DNA of 52,801 nt, from contig JACEMX010000136.1 in NCBI GenBank assembly GCA_013867335.1, positions 1-52,801 of the forward strand, read 5' to 3'. A program made the translations under genes and the position numbers. A model generated the notes under the pieces. The model made no database searches. It was not told the DNA's origin and saw only the letters and a list, made by a program, of their open reading frames with translations. Shown here in pieces: positions 1 through 9,460 of the stretch. Numbering within the stretch: the stretch's first letter is position 1; each line of letters starts with the position of its first letter. Source of the DNA: Candidatus Nitrosomaritimum aestuariumsis. GTDB taxonomy: Archaea; Thermoproteota; Nitrososphaeria; Nitrososphaerales; Nitrosopumilaceae.

Positions 1-6
1 TTACAG

Positions 7-14
7 ATATAATA
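7..14 (+). promoter_or_regulatory. TATA-like box upstream of nth
   Basis: ATATAATA ends 26 nt before the ATG at 40. The same TATA-to-ATG spacing is seen at glyA and at the partial CDS at 52758, consistent with leaderless mRNAs. Confidence 0.3.
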
Positions 15-39
15 CTTGTACGTAAAAAATCAGTTAGAA

Positions 40-693
40 ATGAAACGTATCTTACAAGGAATGATGAAGACTATGAATTCAGTTAATCCTCCTAGAATGA
101 CTGCACTTAGAGAACTTCATGAGGCTGAAACTGGTGGGCCTTTTAGTATTCTAATTGGAACAATTTTATCGGCACGAACAAAAGATGAAAGCACAACCAA
201 AGTTGTTAAAGTGTTATTTTCTAAATATAAAAATTCTAGAGATTTAGCAAATGCCAAATTAAAGGATGTTGAAAAAATAATTAAATCAATTGGATTCTAT
301 CATGTTAAAGCTAAAAGAATCATCGAGGTTGCAAAAATTATTGATTCTAAATATGAAGGAAAGGTTCCAGATAATCTTGAAAAATTAGTTGAGCTTCCCG
401 GGGTAGGAAGAAAAACTGCAAATTGTGTTTTAGTTTATGCTTTTGATAAACCAGCTATACCTGTTGACATTCATGTTCATAGAATATCAAATAGATTAGG
501 ATTAGTTGAAACTAAGACTCCAGAAGAAACAGAAATGGAGTTGATGAAGAAAATTCCTAAAAAGTTTTGGCTTGAAATAAATGACACATTTGTAATGTAT
601 GGACAAAATATTTGTAAACCCATATCCCCCATGTGTGATGTTTGCAAAATTAAAAAAAACTGCAAATATTATTCTACTAAGAACGTCTCTTAG
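40..693 (+). CDS. nth: Endonuclease III (HhH-GPD DNA glycosylase/AP lyase)
   Basis: HhH-GPD motif LVELPGVGRKTANCVL, VDIHVHRISNRLG, and a C-terminal 4Fe-4S loop C-x6-C-x2-C-x5-C (CKPISPMCDVCKIKKNC). The ORF opens at TTG 16, but ATG 40 is preferred given the TATA-like box at 7-14. Confidence 0.9.
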   Translation: MKRILQGMMKTMNSVNPPRMTALRELHEAETGGPFSILIGTILSARTKDESTTKVVKVLFSKYKNSRDLANAKLKDVEKIIKSIGFYHVKAKRIIEVAKIIDSKYEGKVPDNLEKLVELPGVGRKTANCVLVYAFDKPAIPVDIHVHRISNRLGLVETKTPEETEMELMKKIPKKFWLEINDTFVMYGQNICKPISPMCDVCKIKKNCKYYSTKNVS

Positions 694-1354
694 TCAAAAA
701 CAAAACGCCAACTAGAGTTCCTATGCCTGCTGCAAGATAAAATGGAAATAGAGCAAATACATTTTGTGAAGGATCTCCAGAAAGGAATTCAACTATCATA
801 GTACCCGATTTTACTGCAGGAGGATCAGTTGATCCTTCCATTCCATGAACTGAGTAAGAACCAACCTCAAATGAGCCAATGTTGAGGCTAGATACTGTAA
901 TTCTTGCTCCGTTGTTTACGGTTAAGCCTCCTCTTTCTGTATATGATAGGGCAACTTTAGCTGCAGGAAACCAACCACGTTCAAGATCACTTTGTACCAC
1001 TACATATCCTTCTTTCTCAGTATTTACTGCAACCCAAAATTTTTCATCAGGAGGTGCACCCATTCCTACTTCAATGAATTTATCAGAATTTTTATCATAA
1101 ACCTTCAAAACAGCATTGCCGTCAGGATTTGCATATTCAAGATTGTTGTCGATCGTAATATTCCAACTAATGGAATGACTTTCTTCTAAATCAAATGATA
1201 TAGCTTCTCGAGAAATTGTGTTAAAGTCCTGAAATGGAATTTCTTTAGTATTGATGATAATTGACGGATTTTTAATATCCTCTTGTGCAAAGGCAGGAGT
1301 AAGAAATCCTGAGAAGATAATAATCGCAATTAGATATCTCATAAAGAGGATCAA
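677..1354 (-). CDS. Secreted, C-terminally membrane-anchored protein of unknown function
   Basis: N-terminal signal-like segment IAIIIFSGFLTPAFA and a C-terminal hydrophobic helix with basic tail (LAAGIGTLVGVLFLTKRRS). No catalytic motif recognised. Confidence 0.6.
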   Translation of the reverse strand: MILFMRYLIAIIIFSGFLTPAFAQEDIKNPSIIINTKEIPFQDFNTISREAISFDLEESHSISWNITIDNNLEYANPDGNAVLKVYDKNSDKFIEVGMGAPPDEKFWVAVNTEKEGYVVVQSDLERGWFPAAKVALSYTERGGLTVNNGARITVSSLNIGSFEVGSYSVHGMEGSTDPPAVKSGTMIVEFLSGDPSQNVFALFPFYLAAGIGTLVGVLFLTKRRS

Positions 1355-1372
1355 TATTGATTGAATAAATAT

Positions 1373-2509
1373 CTAGTCAACAAATGGATGTGAATAATCC
1401 AAAATTACCTTTGCTACTTCTGGTCTTAAGATAAATTCTGATGGTGCTTGACCATTTTGGATCATTTCTCTTAATGCAGTTCCACTAATTTGCTCTTTTG
1501 CATCATCACCGTGAGGACAAGCCTTTGGATTTGTATATGTGAGGCACTTTTTACAATAGAAAAATGCTGGGAAAAATACTGGCTGTATCTCTAATTCAGG
1601 ATAATCATCAAATATTTTTTGAGCTGCAAAAGGATCATAGAACTTCCCAACTCCTGCATGATCTCTGCCAATAATAATATGAGTACATCCATAATTTTGT
1701 CTCATTATTGCATGATGAATGGCTTCTTTGGGACCTGCGTATTTCATTTCTGTATGCAATGTTCCTAGTTTACATCTGTTTTCAGGATAATAGTTTTGAA
1801 TCATTGTTTCATAGCACTTTATTATTACTTCATCAACAAAGTCACCAGATTTTTTCTTACCAATTATTGGGTTTACAAATACTCCATCTCTTGTTGTGAT
1901 TGATGTTTTCTGTAACATCTCATGAGCAACGTGAGGAGGATTTCTTGTTTGAAATGCACAGATTGTTTTCCATCCAGCCTGTGAAAATGATTCTCTAGTT
2001 TGTAATGGAGTTAGTCTATTTTTTCTGATTTCTGACTCCTCAGGTCTTTGGATATAATCAATTTTTCCTCCAACAAGGAAATCTTTCATGGACATAGTTT
2101 TTGCTACACCTGGATGTGAAGTATCATTGGTACCATAAACCCCATTTGCAGTTTTTTCTTTATCGAAAGCAAAAATTTCTTCTACATGTAAAACTGCAAC
2201 ACCTAATCCTTGGTGATTTTTTAATAAAACATCTCCCTCTTCTTTCATTTTATTTGCAGTTGATTCATCCACATCCAGAACTATGGGAATTGTCCATGCT
2301 AAACCGTTTGCCAGTCTTCCTTTTGATACTACACTTTCAAAATCTTGTTGTCCCAGAAATCCTTCTAAAGGACTAAAGATTCCGTCAGCTATGTTTTCGA
2401 CATCATTTGCAAGATCTTCAGTTATTGAAATTGAATGCATTCCAGATGCATCAATTTTGTTTATTCTATTAATCAGAACTCCACCGTGGGGTTTAATCTG
2501 TTCACTCAT
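1373..2509 (-). CDS. sat: Sulfate adenylyltransferase (ATP sulfurylase)
   Basis: Signature motifs [11 protein letters not shown] and GRDHAG. Length is about 380 aa. Confidence 0.9.
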   Translation of the reverse strand: MSEQIKPHGGVLINRINKIDASGMHSISITEDLANDVENIADGIFSPLEGFLGQQDFESVVSKGRLANGLAWTIPIVLDVDESTANKMKEEGDVLLKNHQGLGVAVLHVEEIFAFDKEKTANGVYGTNDTSHPGVAKTMSMKDFLVGGKIDYIQRPEESEIRKNRLTPLQTRESFSQAGWKTICAFQTRNPPHVAHEMLQKTSITTRDGVFVNPIIGKKKSGDFVDEVIIKCYETMIQNYYPENRCKLGTLHTEMKYAGPKEAIHHAIMRQNYGCTHIIIGRDHAGVGKFYDPFAAQKIFDDYPELEIQPVFFPAFFYCKKCLTYTNPKACPHGDDAKEQISGTALREMIQNGQAPSEFILRPEVAKVILDYSHPFVD

Positions 2510-2511
2510 GA

Positions 2512-3243
2512 TTATACTCCTTCAGGCATGTGTAATCCACATTCTTTTGTGTCATCATTTTCCCACCACCAGCGACCCGCTCTTAAATCTTCACCTTCGT
2601 TAATGGCTCTAGTACATGGTTCACATCCAATACTTGGATATCCTTTGTCAAGAAGTGAGTGATAAGGCACATTATTTTCCTTGATATACTTCCAAACTTG
2701 GTCCCAGGTCCAATCAAGTATTGGGTTAACTTTCACTATTCCATCATATTTTTCGTCAATTTCAAGCATCTTTGCATTTTCTCGAGTAGATGTTTGATCT
2801 CTTCGAATTCCAGTAATCCAACCATCTAAAGTAGAAAGCATCTTTCGGAGTGGTTTGACTTTTCTAATTCCACAACAAAGCCTTCTGTTTTCAATAGTAT
2901 CATAAAATAGATTAATTCCCTTTGATTCGACCATCTCTTTTACTTCTTTTGCATCAGGAAACATTACCTCAAAGTTAACGTTGTATTTTTTTGAAAGTCG
3001 ATCCATAACATCATAGGTTTCCTCTGGTAATCGTCCAGTATCTAAGGTAAAAAATCGAAATTTAGGATTAATTTTTGTCATCATATCAATCAACAATGAG
3101 TCTTCAGCACCAAAGCTTGATGCCTTAGCAACTTTGGGATGTAAATTCTCAGATGCCCAATTCAAAGCATCCTCGGCAGTTTTTAGACTAGGATTAATTT
3201 CATCAAGCTCTTTTTGTGAAAATTTAGGCATACTTTGTTTCAA
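2512..3243 (-). CDS. cysH: Phosphoadenylyl-/adenylyl-sulfate reductase, probably the Fe-S (APS reductase) subclass
   Basis: C-terminal ECGLH motif. Cys pairs CC (RRLCCGIRK) and CEPC match the 4Fe-4S-containing APS reductases. There is a 2-nt gap to sat. Confidence 0.85.
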   Translation of the reverse strand: MKQSMPKFSQKELDEINPSLKTAEDALNWASENLHPKVAKASSFGAEDSLLIDMMTKINPKFRFFTLDTGRLPEETYDVMDRLSKKYNVNFEVMFPDAKEVKEMVESKGINLFYDTIENRRLCCGIRKVKPLRKMLSTLDGWITGIRRDQTSTRENAKMLEIDEKYDGIVKVNPILDWTWDQVWKYIKENNVPYHSLLDKGYPSIGCEPCTRAINEGEDLRAGRWWWENDDTKECGLHMPEGV

Positions 3244-3314
3244 TGCTAGTTGTTTTATATTGATTACCCGATTTTGTCCTAAATTATAAACAAGTAATTT
3301 TCAAAATAAAAAAG

Positions 3315-4442
3315 ATGAATGAAGTATCATATGTTGTAGTCTTTCCAACAATATTTTCGAAGAATAAAATTCCTCATCTGATTTCAAATATTAAAAAAAT
3401 TTTAAAAATTAGGAATCAAGAATTCAAATCCATTAAACGTGATGGTGATGTAATTTTAGTAAATTCTGGAGATCCTGTTTTTGCATCTTCGGCAATAAAT
3501 TTGCTGTTTGGAATTGAAAAAGTAGCAATTGCCAGACAAGTTAGAAATGATTTCAAGACAATTATTTCCGAAATTACTTCCATAGGAGGAAATTTGTTGT
3601 TAAAGGGAGAAAAATTTTTAGTGAAAGTGGAGGGTTCTTCAAAAGGATTTTTTACAAAAGATGTTGAAATTGCTGCCACTTCTTCTATAATTGACGAAAA
3701 ATCCAGTTTAGGAGCAAGACCGGGAACAGATGAAGATTACGACAAATTACTTTATACTTATTTGACCAAAAATAATGCATACATCTGTATTTTTACTGAT
3801 AAAGGACATGGAGGAATACCATTCAATTCCCCAAAGCAAAATACCATTTGTAGTGTTCATGACGAATTGTCTGCCATAGCATGTTATGAGACCATAAAAC
3901 AAGGCTATGAGACAAAAATCATAGTTTGTTATCGAAAAAAATCTGAACTATTGGATTTAGTAAAAACAATTAATCAAATTATTCCAAGGATGCTAAAAGA
4001 GAAAATTGAGATAGATTTCTTTGAAATAAAACCATTCTTTACTGGAACAAAGAATTACCATGTTTTCCTAAATACCGTAACGGAGGTTATGCTGCATGAA
4101 GCTAAGGAAAATAATTTGACGTATGTTTCATTAGGATTTTCACCCTTGATATTTTCTCAAAATATTTCAGAATCTTCCATGAAGAATATTTTCCAAAATA
4201 ATAGACTCCCAATAATTCCTCTAAGTGGGGTAGGTACTGAATTGTATGAAGATGCAAAAGAAATAGGATTAGAAACACAAATACCAAAAATAAGTAAAAT
4301 CATTAAACTTGATTTTAAAGAAATCAGAAAAATTTCTGAAAAAGATGTAAAATCAGCCCTAAAAACCAAGAAAACAGTAAACGTGACCGTTGGTCCAAAT
4401 AATGTGCACGATATTTTAGATTCTTTAGAACAAAATCACTGA
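3315..4442 (+). CDS. Conserved hypothetical protein with ThiI/THUMP-like architecture but no PP-loop motif (tentative)
   Basis: The N-terminal part resembles a ferredoxin-like plus THUMP region (FLVKVEGSSKGFFTKDVE). The following Rossmann-like part reads ICSVHDELSAIACYE where ThiI carries SGGxDS. Judged by eye only. Confidence 0.4.
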   Translation: MNEVSYVVVFPTIFSKNKIPHLISNIKKILKIRNQEFKSIKRDGDVILVNSGDPVFASSAINLLFGIEKVAIARQVRNDFKTIISEITSIGGNLLLKGEKFLVKVEGSSKGFFTKDVEIAATSSIIDEKSSLGARPGTDEDYDKLLYTYLTKNNAYICIFTDKGHGGIPFNSPKQNTICSVHDELSAIACYETIKQGYETKIIVCYRKKSELLDLVKTINQIIPRMLKEKIEIDFFEIKPFFTGTKNYHVFLNTVTEVMLHEAKENNLTYVSLGFSPLIFSQNISESSMKNIFQNNRLPIIPLSGVGTELYEDAKEIGLETQIPKISKIIKLDFKEIRKISEKDVKSALKTKKTVNVTVGPNNVHDILDSLEQNH

Positions 4443-4473
4443 GAATTTAAACGGCATTAGAAGATTTCTTTAC

Positions 4474-5709
4474 ATGTACAAAATTGGTGAGTTTATCTAT
4501 CCATGGGGAAGTGGGCATTATTCACGTATGATGAGATTCCATGATGCTTTTGCTAATAACATGAAAGATAAGATTGAAGTACATTTTTCCAGTAAGGATC
4601 ATGTATTTGAGAAATTATTAAGAAAATTTCCTGATCAAAAAGAAAGAATTCATAATATTTTGATGCCTACTCCAATTGATGGAAAAAACGGTCCAAGTGT
4701 TTCCTTGTCAATTCTAAATTTTCTGCTACCGGTTAGAGAAAATCCCCCCCTTGTAAATCAGATTGCTGATTATCTTAGAGAAGAAAGAAAGTTGTACAAT
4801 AAAGAAAAATTTGATTTGGTAATTAATGATGGAGATATGGGATCTAATATTTTGGCTAAAAACCGAGAAATTCCAAGTCTTTTCATTACAAACCAGTATA
4901 GACCCAAATTATACAAATCAAGATCTTATTTTTATCCTTCACTTTATTTTATTGCAAAACAAATTGCTAAGGCTGATAAAATTATTGTAGCGGATTCTCC
5001 ACCACCCTATACATTATGTGATTTGAATTTGAATTTCAACAAACAGGTAATGAAAAAAGTTACTTATGTGGGTCATTTTACGAGGAAAAAAATTGCTAAA
5101 GAAGATTCTTCTTCAGATCTAGAAAAAATTATCGAGAATTCTGATTTTGGTTATTGGATGAGAACTGGTAATAAATCAACTAATGATGGGACAGGGGAAA
5201 GATATGAGAAAGTTTTTCATAAAAATGAAATGAAAAATGAAAAAAGAATAATTTCTCATGCTAGAGATGATCCAACTATAGATTCTGTTTTAAGTAGAGA
5301 TGGTAAAAGATTTAGTATTTCTGAGGCTTATGAAAAAAAAATAGATTGGATACAAATTGATGTCGGTTTCCTTTCCGAACAAGAAAAAGAAAAAGTTCTA
5401 AATTTATGTAAATATGCCGTGGTAAATGGATCTCATACCGTAATGGGTGAAATACTTGGCGGAAAATCTAAGCCAATAATTGGAATTCCCATTTATGATG
5501 AACATGAGAATAATATCAAGTGGGCTGAAAATAAAAATCTGGGTATTTTAGCCAAAAAAACAAACCAGGTTATTGTAGGAATTCAGAAAATTAAAGAAAA
5601 ATATGAGGATTTTGAGGGTAGTTTATCTGACTTTTCTCATAATTTTGTTTCAAATGGAGCAGAAAATACAGCCAAAATTGCTTCTGAGATGCTAGAAGAA
5701 AAGAGATAA
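4474..5709 (+). CDS. GT-B fold glycosyltransferase (MurG/GT28-GT1-like)
   Basis: N-terminal GSGH motif (YPWGSGHYSR) and C-terminal VNGSHTVMGEILGGKSKPIIGIP...E, resembling the nucleotide-sugar binding half of MurG-like enzymes. Confidence 0.5.
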   Translation: MYKIGEFIYPWGSGHYSRMMRFHDAFANNMKDKIEVHFSSKDHVFEKLLRKFPDQKERIHNILMPTPIDGKNGPSVSLSILNFLLPVRENPPLVNQIADYLREERKLYNKEKFDLVINDGDMGSNILAKNREIPSLFITNQYRPKLYKSRSYFYPSLYFIAKQIAKADKIIVADSPPPYTLCDLNLNFNKQVMKKVTYVGHFTRKKIAKEDSSSDLEKIIENSDFGYWMRTGNKSTNDGTGERYEKVFHKNEMKNEKRIISHARDDPTIDSVLSRDGKRFSISEAYEKKIDWIQIDVGFLSEQEKEKVLNLCKYAVVNGSHTVMGEILGGKSKPIIGIPIYDEHENNIKWAENKNLGILAKKTNQVIVGIQKIKEKYEDFEGSLSDFSHNFVSNGAENTAKIASEMLEEKR

Positions 5710-5737
5710 AGGATTATTTTTTGAATTTTAATTATCT

Positions 5738-5813
5738 GGCACGCGGGAGTTCGATGGGCGAACTGACCGAAAGGGATGACGATAAAATCCGCGTGTCAGA
5801 CCTTTTCATCGTC
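5738..5813 (+). ncRNA. Unclassified GC-rich structured element (small RNA or long 5' leader)
   Basis: 9-bp helix GGCACGCGG (5738-5746) / CCGCGTGTC (5789-5797). Nested hairpin AGTTCG-ATGGG-CGAACT (5748-5764). GACGAT (5778-5783) can pair with ATCGTC (5808-5813). T4 run at 5803-5806. AT-rich TATA-like stretch at 5713-5735. Confidence 0.3.
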
Positions 5814-5866
5814 GATCAAAGTTTAGGTGGGAAGGCTTTTATGGAAAAAATTAAGCCAGATCAACA

Positions 5867-6178
5867 GTGCCCAACTGTCCTGAATGTACTGCAAGAGAAA
5901 AAAAGAAAATTCAAGAAAAATATGAAGCTGATACTCCGGAGGAGGACCGACAAAGGGATGATTTATTCAAATTATTTGATGAGATAGAATTTCCAATGAA
6001 AATGGATGAGAAAAACAGAAGGAATTTTGTATGTAATCGATGTGGATTGTATGCAACAAGAGAAGAAGTTTCAGATATTCGTTATAGATTGAATCAAAAA
6101 GAGAGAACAAGAGAAGATAAGCAAGATGATTATCTAGAATGGTGGCAAAAAAGTAAAAAAGAAAAAGAGCTAAGCTAG
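5867..6178 (+). CDS. Small zinc-ribbon protein (CPEC...CNRC), function unknown
   Basis: CxxC at residues 4-7 and CxxC at about residue 57, with a highly charged Lys/Glu-rich tail. The only in-frame start after the upstream stop (TAA 5852-5854) is GTG 5867. Confidence 0.6.
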   Translation: MPNCPECTAREKKKIQEKYEADTPEEDRQRDDLFKLFDEIEFPMKMDEKNRRNFVCNRCGLYATREEVSDIRYRLNQKERTREDKQDDYLEWWQKSKKEKELS

Positions 6179-6189
6179 AGCTGGTATTT

Positions 6190-6585
6190 ATGGTAAAAAA
6201 GAAAGATGAAATTCCTGAGTGGGTTTCTGATGAAATTCAAAATGCAAAGTTCAAGAAACCTGAAGAGTTAAAGAGAACTGGATATATTTTAGAAATTTAT
6301 GATGCTGATAATAAAATAGACACCCAATTATATGATCCAGTAGAAGATGGACGACATATTGTTACAATGGATTTACCTAAAAAAATTAAAGCGTCAGATT
6401 TGGAAAGAGGTGTAGTCTATGAATTTACTTTTGACCAACACAAAGCTCCTTTAAGTAAAAAAGTTACTGAGTATTTGCAGAAAGAAAAGGAGATAGAGAT
6501 GGCAGCTATCTATCAATTTGATCTAAAATCTTTAGAATTGTTAGATGTGGGTTCTAGCGAATCAGCAGAGATGGATGAAGAATAA
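6190..6585 (+). CDS. Acidic hypothetical protein, probably co-transcribed with the zinc-ribbon gene
   Basis: 131-aa ORF with protein-like composition, 11 nt downstream of the previous gene. No motif recognised. Confidence 0.55.
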   Translation: MVKKKDEIPEWVSDEIQNAKFKKPEELKRTGYILEIYDADNKIDTQLYDPVEDGRHIVTMDLPKKIKASDLERGVVYEFTFDQHKAPLSKKVTEYLQKEKEIEMAAIYQFDLKSLELLDVGSSESAEMDEE

Positions 6586-6586
6586 C

Positions 6587-7387
6587 CTAATTTTGTTCCT
6601 TTTTGTTTAATTGTTTACTAAATGCTGAGCCTAGTATTGGATTTATCAGATATGGGAAAGTTGTTTTCATCCATACAGCACCCCTAACTATAGAAGGAAC
6701 TATAATTTCTAATCTAGGGGAATTTGCTGCCTTTAGTATAGCATTTGCAACTGTGTCTGCACTTAGAGATGTGGGTGAATATTTTGGCATGCACTCAAAA
6801 GAAGGATGATCAAAGAAATTTGTTCTAACCATGATTGGACTAACTACTGTAATTCCCACTCCTGTTCCTTTTAGTTCATGTTTGAGACCTTCTGAAAATC
6901 CTAGCATAGCAAATTTTGACGCGCAATATGGCGCAATACCTGGCAATCCGAAGCTAGCTGCAACTGATGCAACATTTACAATATGGCCAGATTTTTTTTG
7001 AATCATCGAGGGAAGAAAGTTTTTGATACAATAGACCATCCCAAAATAGTTTGTAGACATTTGGGATTCAATCTCTTCTATAGTCAAATTTACAACTGAA
7101 TCATAAATTGCAAAACCAGCATTGTTTATTAAAAAATCTACAGATCCAAATTTTTCTAATACTGTTTTTGCCATATTTTGAACTTGAGTTTTATCAGAAA
7201 CATCACACTGACATACCAGGATTGAACTGGCTATTTTATTTAGATCTGATTCAACTTGCTCTAATTTTTTCTTGTTTCTGGAAACCAAAATTATTTTTGC
7301 TCCTTTCTTTGCAAATTTGACCGCTGATGCACGTCCTATTCCTGATGAGGCTCCAGTGATTAGAACAATTTTTTCTTTAAAATCCAT
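6587..7387 (-). CDS. Short-chain dehydrogenase/reductase (SDR)
   Basis: TGASSGIGRA cofactor motif, NNAG, and catalytic YCASK. Confidence 0.85.
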   Translation of the reverse strand: MDFKEKIVLITGASSGIGRASAVKFAKKGAKIILVSRNKKKLEQVESDLNKIASSILVCQCDVSDKTQVQNMAKTVLEKFGSVDFLINNAGFAIYDSVVNLTIEEIESQMSTNYFGMVYCIKNFLPSMIQKKSGHIVNVASVAASFGLPGIAPYCASKFAMLGFSEGLKHELKGTGVGITVVSPIMVRTNFFDHPSFECMPKYSPTSLSADTVANAILKAANSPRLEIIVPSIVRGAVWMKTTFPYLINPILGSAFSKQLNKKEQN

Positions 7388-7465
7388 AATTCAAAAAATT
7401 CTTTAAAAGATAAAGTGCTTTCTATTGCTGAAATCCTTATACTATATGAAAATTAATTACAAATT

Positions 7466-7543
7466 ATGAAATTTGGAATGAAACTTGTAATATTTGCAAT
7501 TGCAGCAATTCTTATACAGATTTTTGGTATTATTTTGTTGTAG
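7466..7543 (+). CDS. Possible 25-aa hydrophobic micro-protein (MKFGMKLVIFAIAAILIQIFGIILL)
   Basis: An ATG ORF below the track cutoff in a 185-bp intergenic gap, with a single TM-like segment. No other support. Confidence 0.2.
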   Translation: MKFGMKLVIFAIAAILIQIFGIILL

Positions 7544-7572
7544 TGATTTAATCTTTTTTAATGCCAGTTAGT

Positions 7573-8589
7573 TTAGGTAGTTTCTGTTTTATCCAATTTA
7601 CTCAATGCTAATTTAACTAGCAATAGCCATGTTATTGCAATTGGTACATAGTAAGTAGCAATTCTCCATCCAATTACCGCATTCCATATCGAATTTTCTT
7701 CAAGAACAGTGATATCAAATGGATTCTGATTTGTCAAATATGCTACTATTCCAAATTCTGCCAATCCTGAACCCCCTACAGTGATGGGCAAATTACCAAT
7801 AGCATTTGCTCCCATTACTGCCATGATTGAGTCAAAAATTCCCAAGACATAACCAGTTCCAAATGCAATTATTGCAAAAGATATTCCGTAAAAAGACCAA
7901 GAAATTAGTGACATGATGAATGTTGTTGTGAATATTTTTTTTGATTCAGTTGTTCTCAAGTTTTTTTTGCTCATTACACAGACTTCTTCCATCCAAGAAT
8001 TTGTTTTATCTACAATTTTTTCACCTTTTTCTTTGCCAAATTTCCTAACTAAGAGAGAAATCCCCTTTGGGAGTTGAAAGATTCTCTTTGAGGATAAGAA
8101 AAATAAAACCATCCATAGTGTTGTAACGAATATACTTGTAGTTAGAATAATTGCACCTACTACATACGCACCATGCATTAAAGCGATAATTCCTGCCATT
8201 ATAGACAAAAGACCTGCAGCAAAAACTTCTGTAACTATATCCATTATAGCAATCCAAGTTGACTTTGAAGGTGGAACGCCTTTTTTGTGTAGGTAGTAAA
8301 TTATTATGAATTCTGCTCCAACAAACATTGGAGTTGTAAACTTTATGAATTCACTTCCTACTCTTACTCCAGTTAATTTCCAAAACGAATCAAATTTTCC
8401 TAGATACTTTTGTGCAATGTATGCAAATTTTATTCCTTGAATTCCTAGTTTTATCATCATTGCTACTACTGCCATTGCAAATGGAAAAATTCCAATAGCT
8501 AAGACGTCCTCAATTTTTATATCAAATTGCAGGGCAATGAATAGAATTGGTATAAGGGTAGCTGGGATGGCAATTATTCTCCAATTCAT
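7573..8589 (-). CDS. Integral membrane protein, UPF0104 / lysylphosphatidylglycerol-synthase-TM-like (flippase-like) family
   Basis: About 8 predicted TM helices. The motif GNLPITVGGSGLAEFG is typical of this family. Confidence 0.55.
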   Translation of the reverse strand: MNWRIIAIPATLIPILFIALQFDIKIEDVLAIGIFPFAMAVVAMMIKLGIQGIKFAYIAQKYLGKFDSFWKLTGVRVGSEFIKFTTPMFVGAEFIIIYYLHKKGVPPSKSTWIAIMDIVTEVFAAGLLSIMAGIIALMHGAYVVGAIILTTSIFVTTLWMVLFFLSSKRIFQLPKGISLLVRKFGKEKGEKIVDKTNSWMEEVCVMSKKNLRTTESKKIFTTTFIMSLISWSFYGISFAIIAFGTGYVLGIFDSIMAVMGANAIGNLPITVGGSGLAEFGIVAYLTNQNPFDITVLEENSIWNAVIGWRIATYYVPIAITWLLLVKLALSKLDKTETT

Positions 8590-8701
8590 TTGTGAGTTTT
8601 TTTATAGAATCAAATATGAAAGTTGACCCAATTTCGTGACTGGATTTCTTATGCCTACATCTAGTTTGAAATATAAGCCAACATAGGAAAATTAGACGGT
8701 A

Positions 8702-9460
8702 TTGAAAACAATTTTTATTACTGGAACTGCAGGATCAGGAAAATCACTACTAACCTCAAAGCTATATGATTACTATACACAAAATAGCGCTTTTGTTGCC
8801 TCATTGAATTTAGATCCTGGAGTTGAAAATGTTCCTTACACATGCGATATTGATGTGCGTGATTATGTTGACATTGTTTCTGTGATGAAAAATTATGATT
8901 TAGGTCCAAATGGGGCACTCGTAATGGCAAATGATCTAATTGCTTCTAAAATTGATGATATTAGAAACGAAGTTGAAAGAGTGAATCCTGATTATTTGTT
9001 AGTAGACACACCTGGTCAAATAGAATTATTTGCTTATAGATCTAGTGGCAGGTTTATTGTAGAAAATATTACCTCTGAGGAAAAGACAAACATTTTCTTA
9101 TTTGATGGAGCATTGATAACCACTCCAATTAATTTTGTATCTCTTGCTTTGTTGGCTACCTCAATCAGATTGCGTCTTAATCTTCCAACTATAAACACAA
9201 TCACAAAAACTGATGTAATAGGTGAAAAATTAAAAGAGATTATTCAATGGTCAAGTAACATAAGATCGCTAGAAAATTCATTAGCAGCTGAGGCAGATGG
9301 TGAAACCTATACTTTGGCTACAAATATTTTACGAGGGTTAAATCTAAGTGGATTTGCACAAGGATTGATTCCAATTTCAAATTTAACTGGAGATGGTCTT
9401 GTTAATTTAGAAGGTGCATTGAGCAGAATTCTTAATTTGGGAGAGGAGGTAGAAGATTAG
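8702..9460 (+). CDS. GPN-loop GTPase
   Basis: P-loop GTAGSGKS, the diagnostic GPNGAL (GPN) motif, and DTPGQIELF. A TTG start is needed to include the P-loop. Confidence 0.85.
   Translation: MKTIFITGTAGSGKSLLTSKLYDYYTQNSAFVASLNLDPGVENVPYTCDIDVRDYVDIVSVMKNYDLGPNGALVMANDLIASKIDDIRNEVERVNPDYLLVDTPGQIELFAYRSSGRFIVENITSEEKTNIFLFDGALITTPINFVSLALLATSIRLRLNLPTINTITKTDVIGEKLKEIIQWSSNIRSLENSLAAEADGETYTLATNILRGLNLSGFAQGLIPISNLTGDGLVNLEGALSRILNLGEEVED

Noticed and set aside
879-2662. Several 63-106-aa plus-strand ORFs overlapping the 677-1354 gene, sat and cysH
   Set aside because: All are antisense to genes with clear signatures, and their translations are Leu/His/Phe/Ser-rich shadows.
5738-5813. Whether this element is a tRNA, C/D-box sRNA, or fluoride or TPP riboswitch
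   Set aside because: No cloverleaf with D and T arms could be drawn. C/D-like boxes (ATGACGA, CTGA) are in the wrong order and spacing. The fluoride and TPP consensus blocks, as far as I recall them, are absent. It is left unclassified.
5841-5870. Possible frameshift or homopolymer error linking ATG 5841 to the zinc-ribbon frame via the A6 run
   Set aside because: Adding or removing one A in the run leads to an immediate stop (TAA 5852 or TGA shortly after). No slippery heptamer exists between 5855 and 5867. GTG 5867 remains the simplest start.
5721-5987. 88-aa track ORF starting at TTG 5721
   Set aside because: It runs through the GC-rich structured element and then overlaps, out of frame, the zinc-ribbon gene, which has clear CxxC pairs. 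Its translation is low-complexity and basic. It is most likely non-coding.
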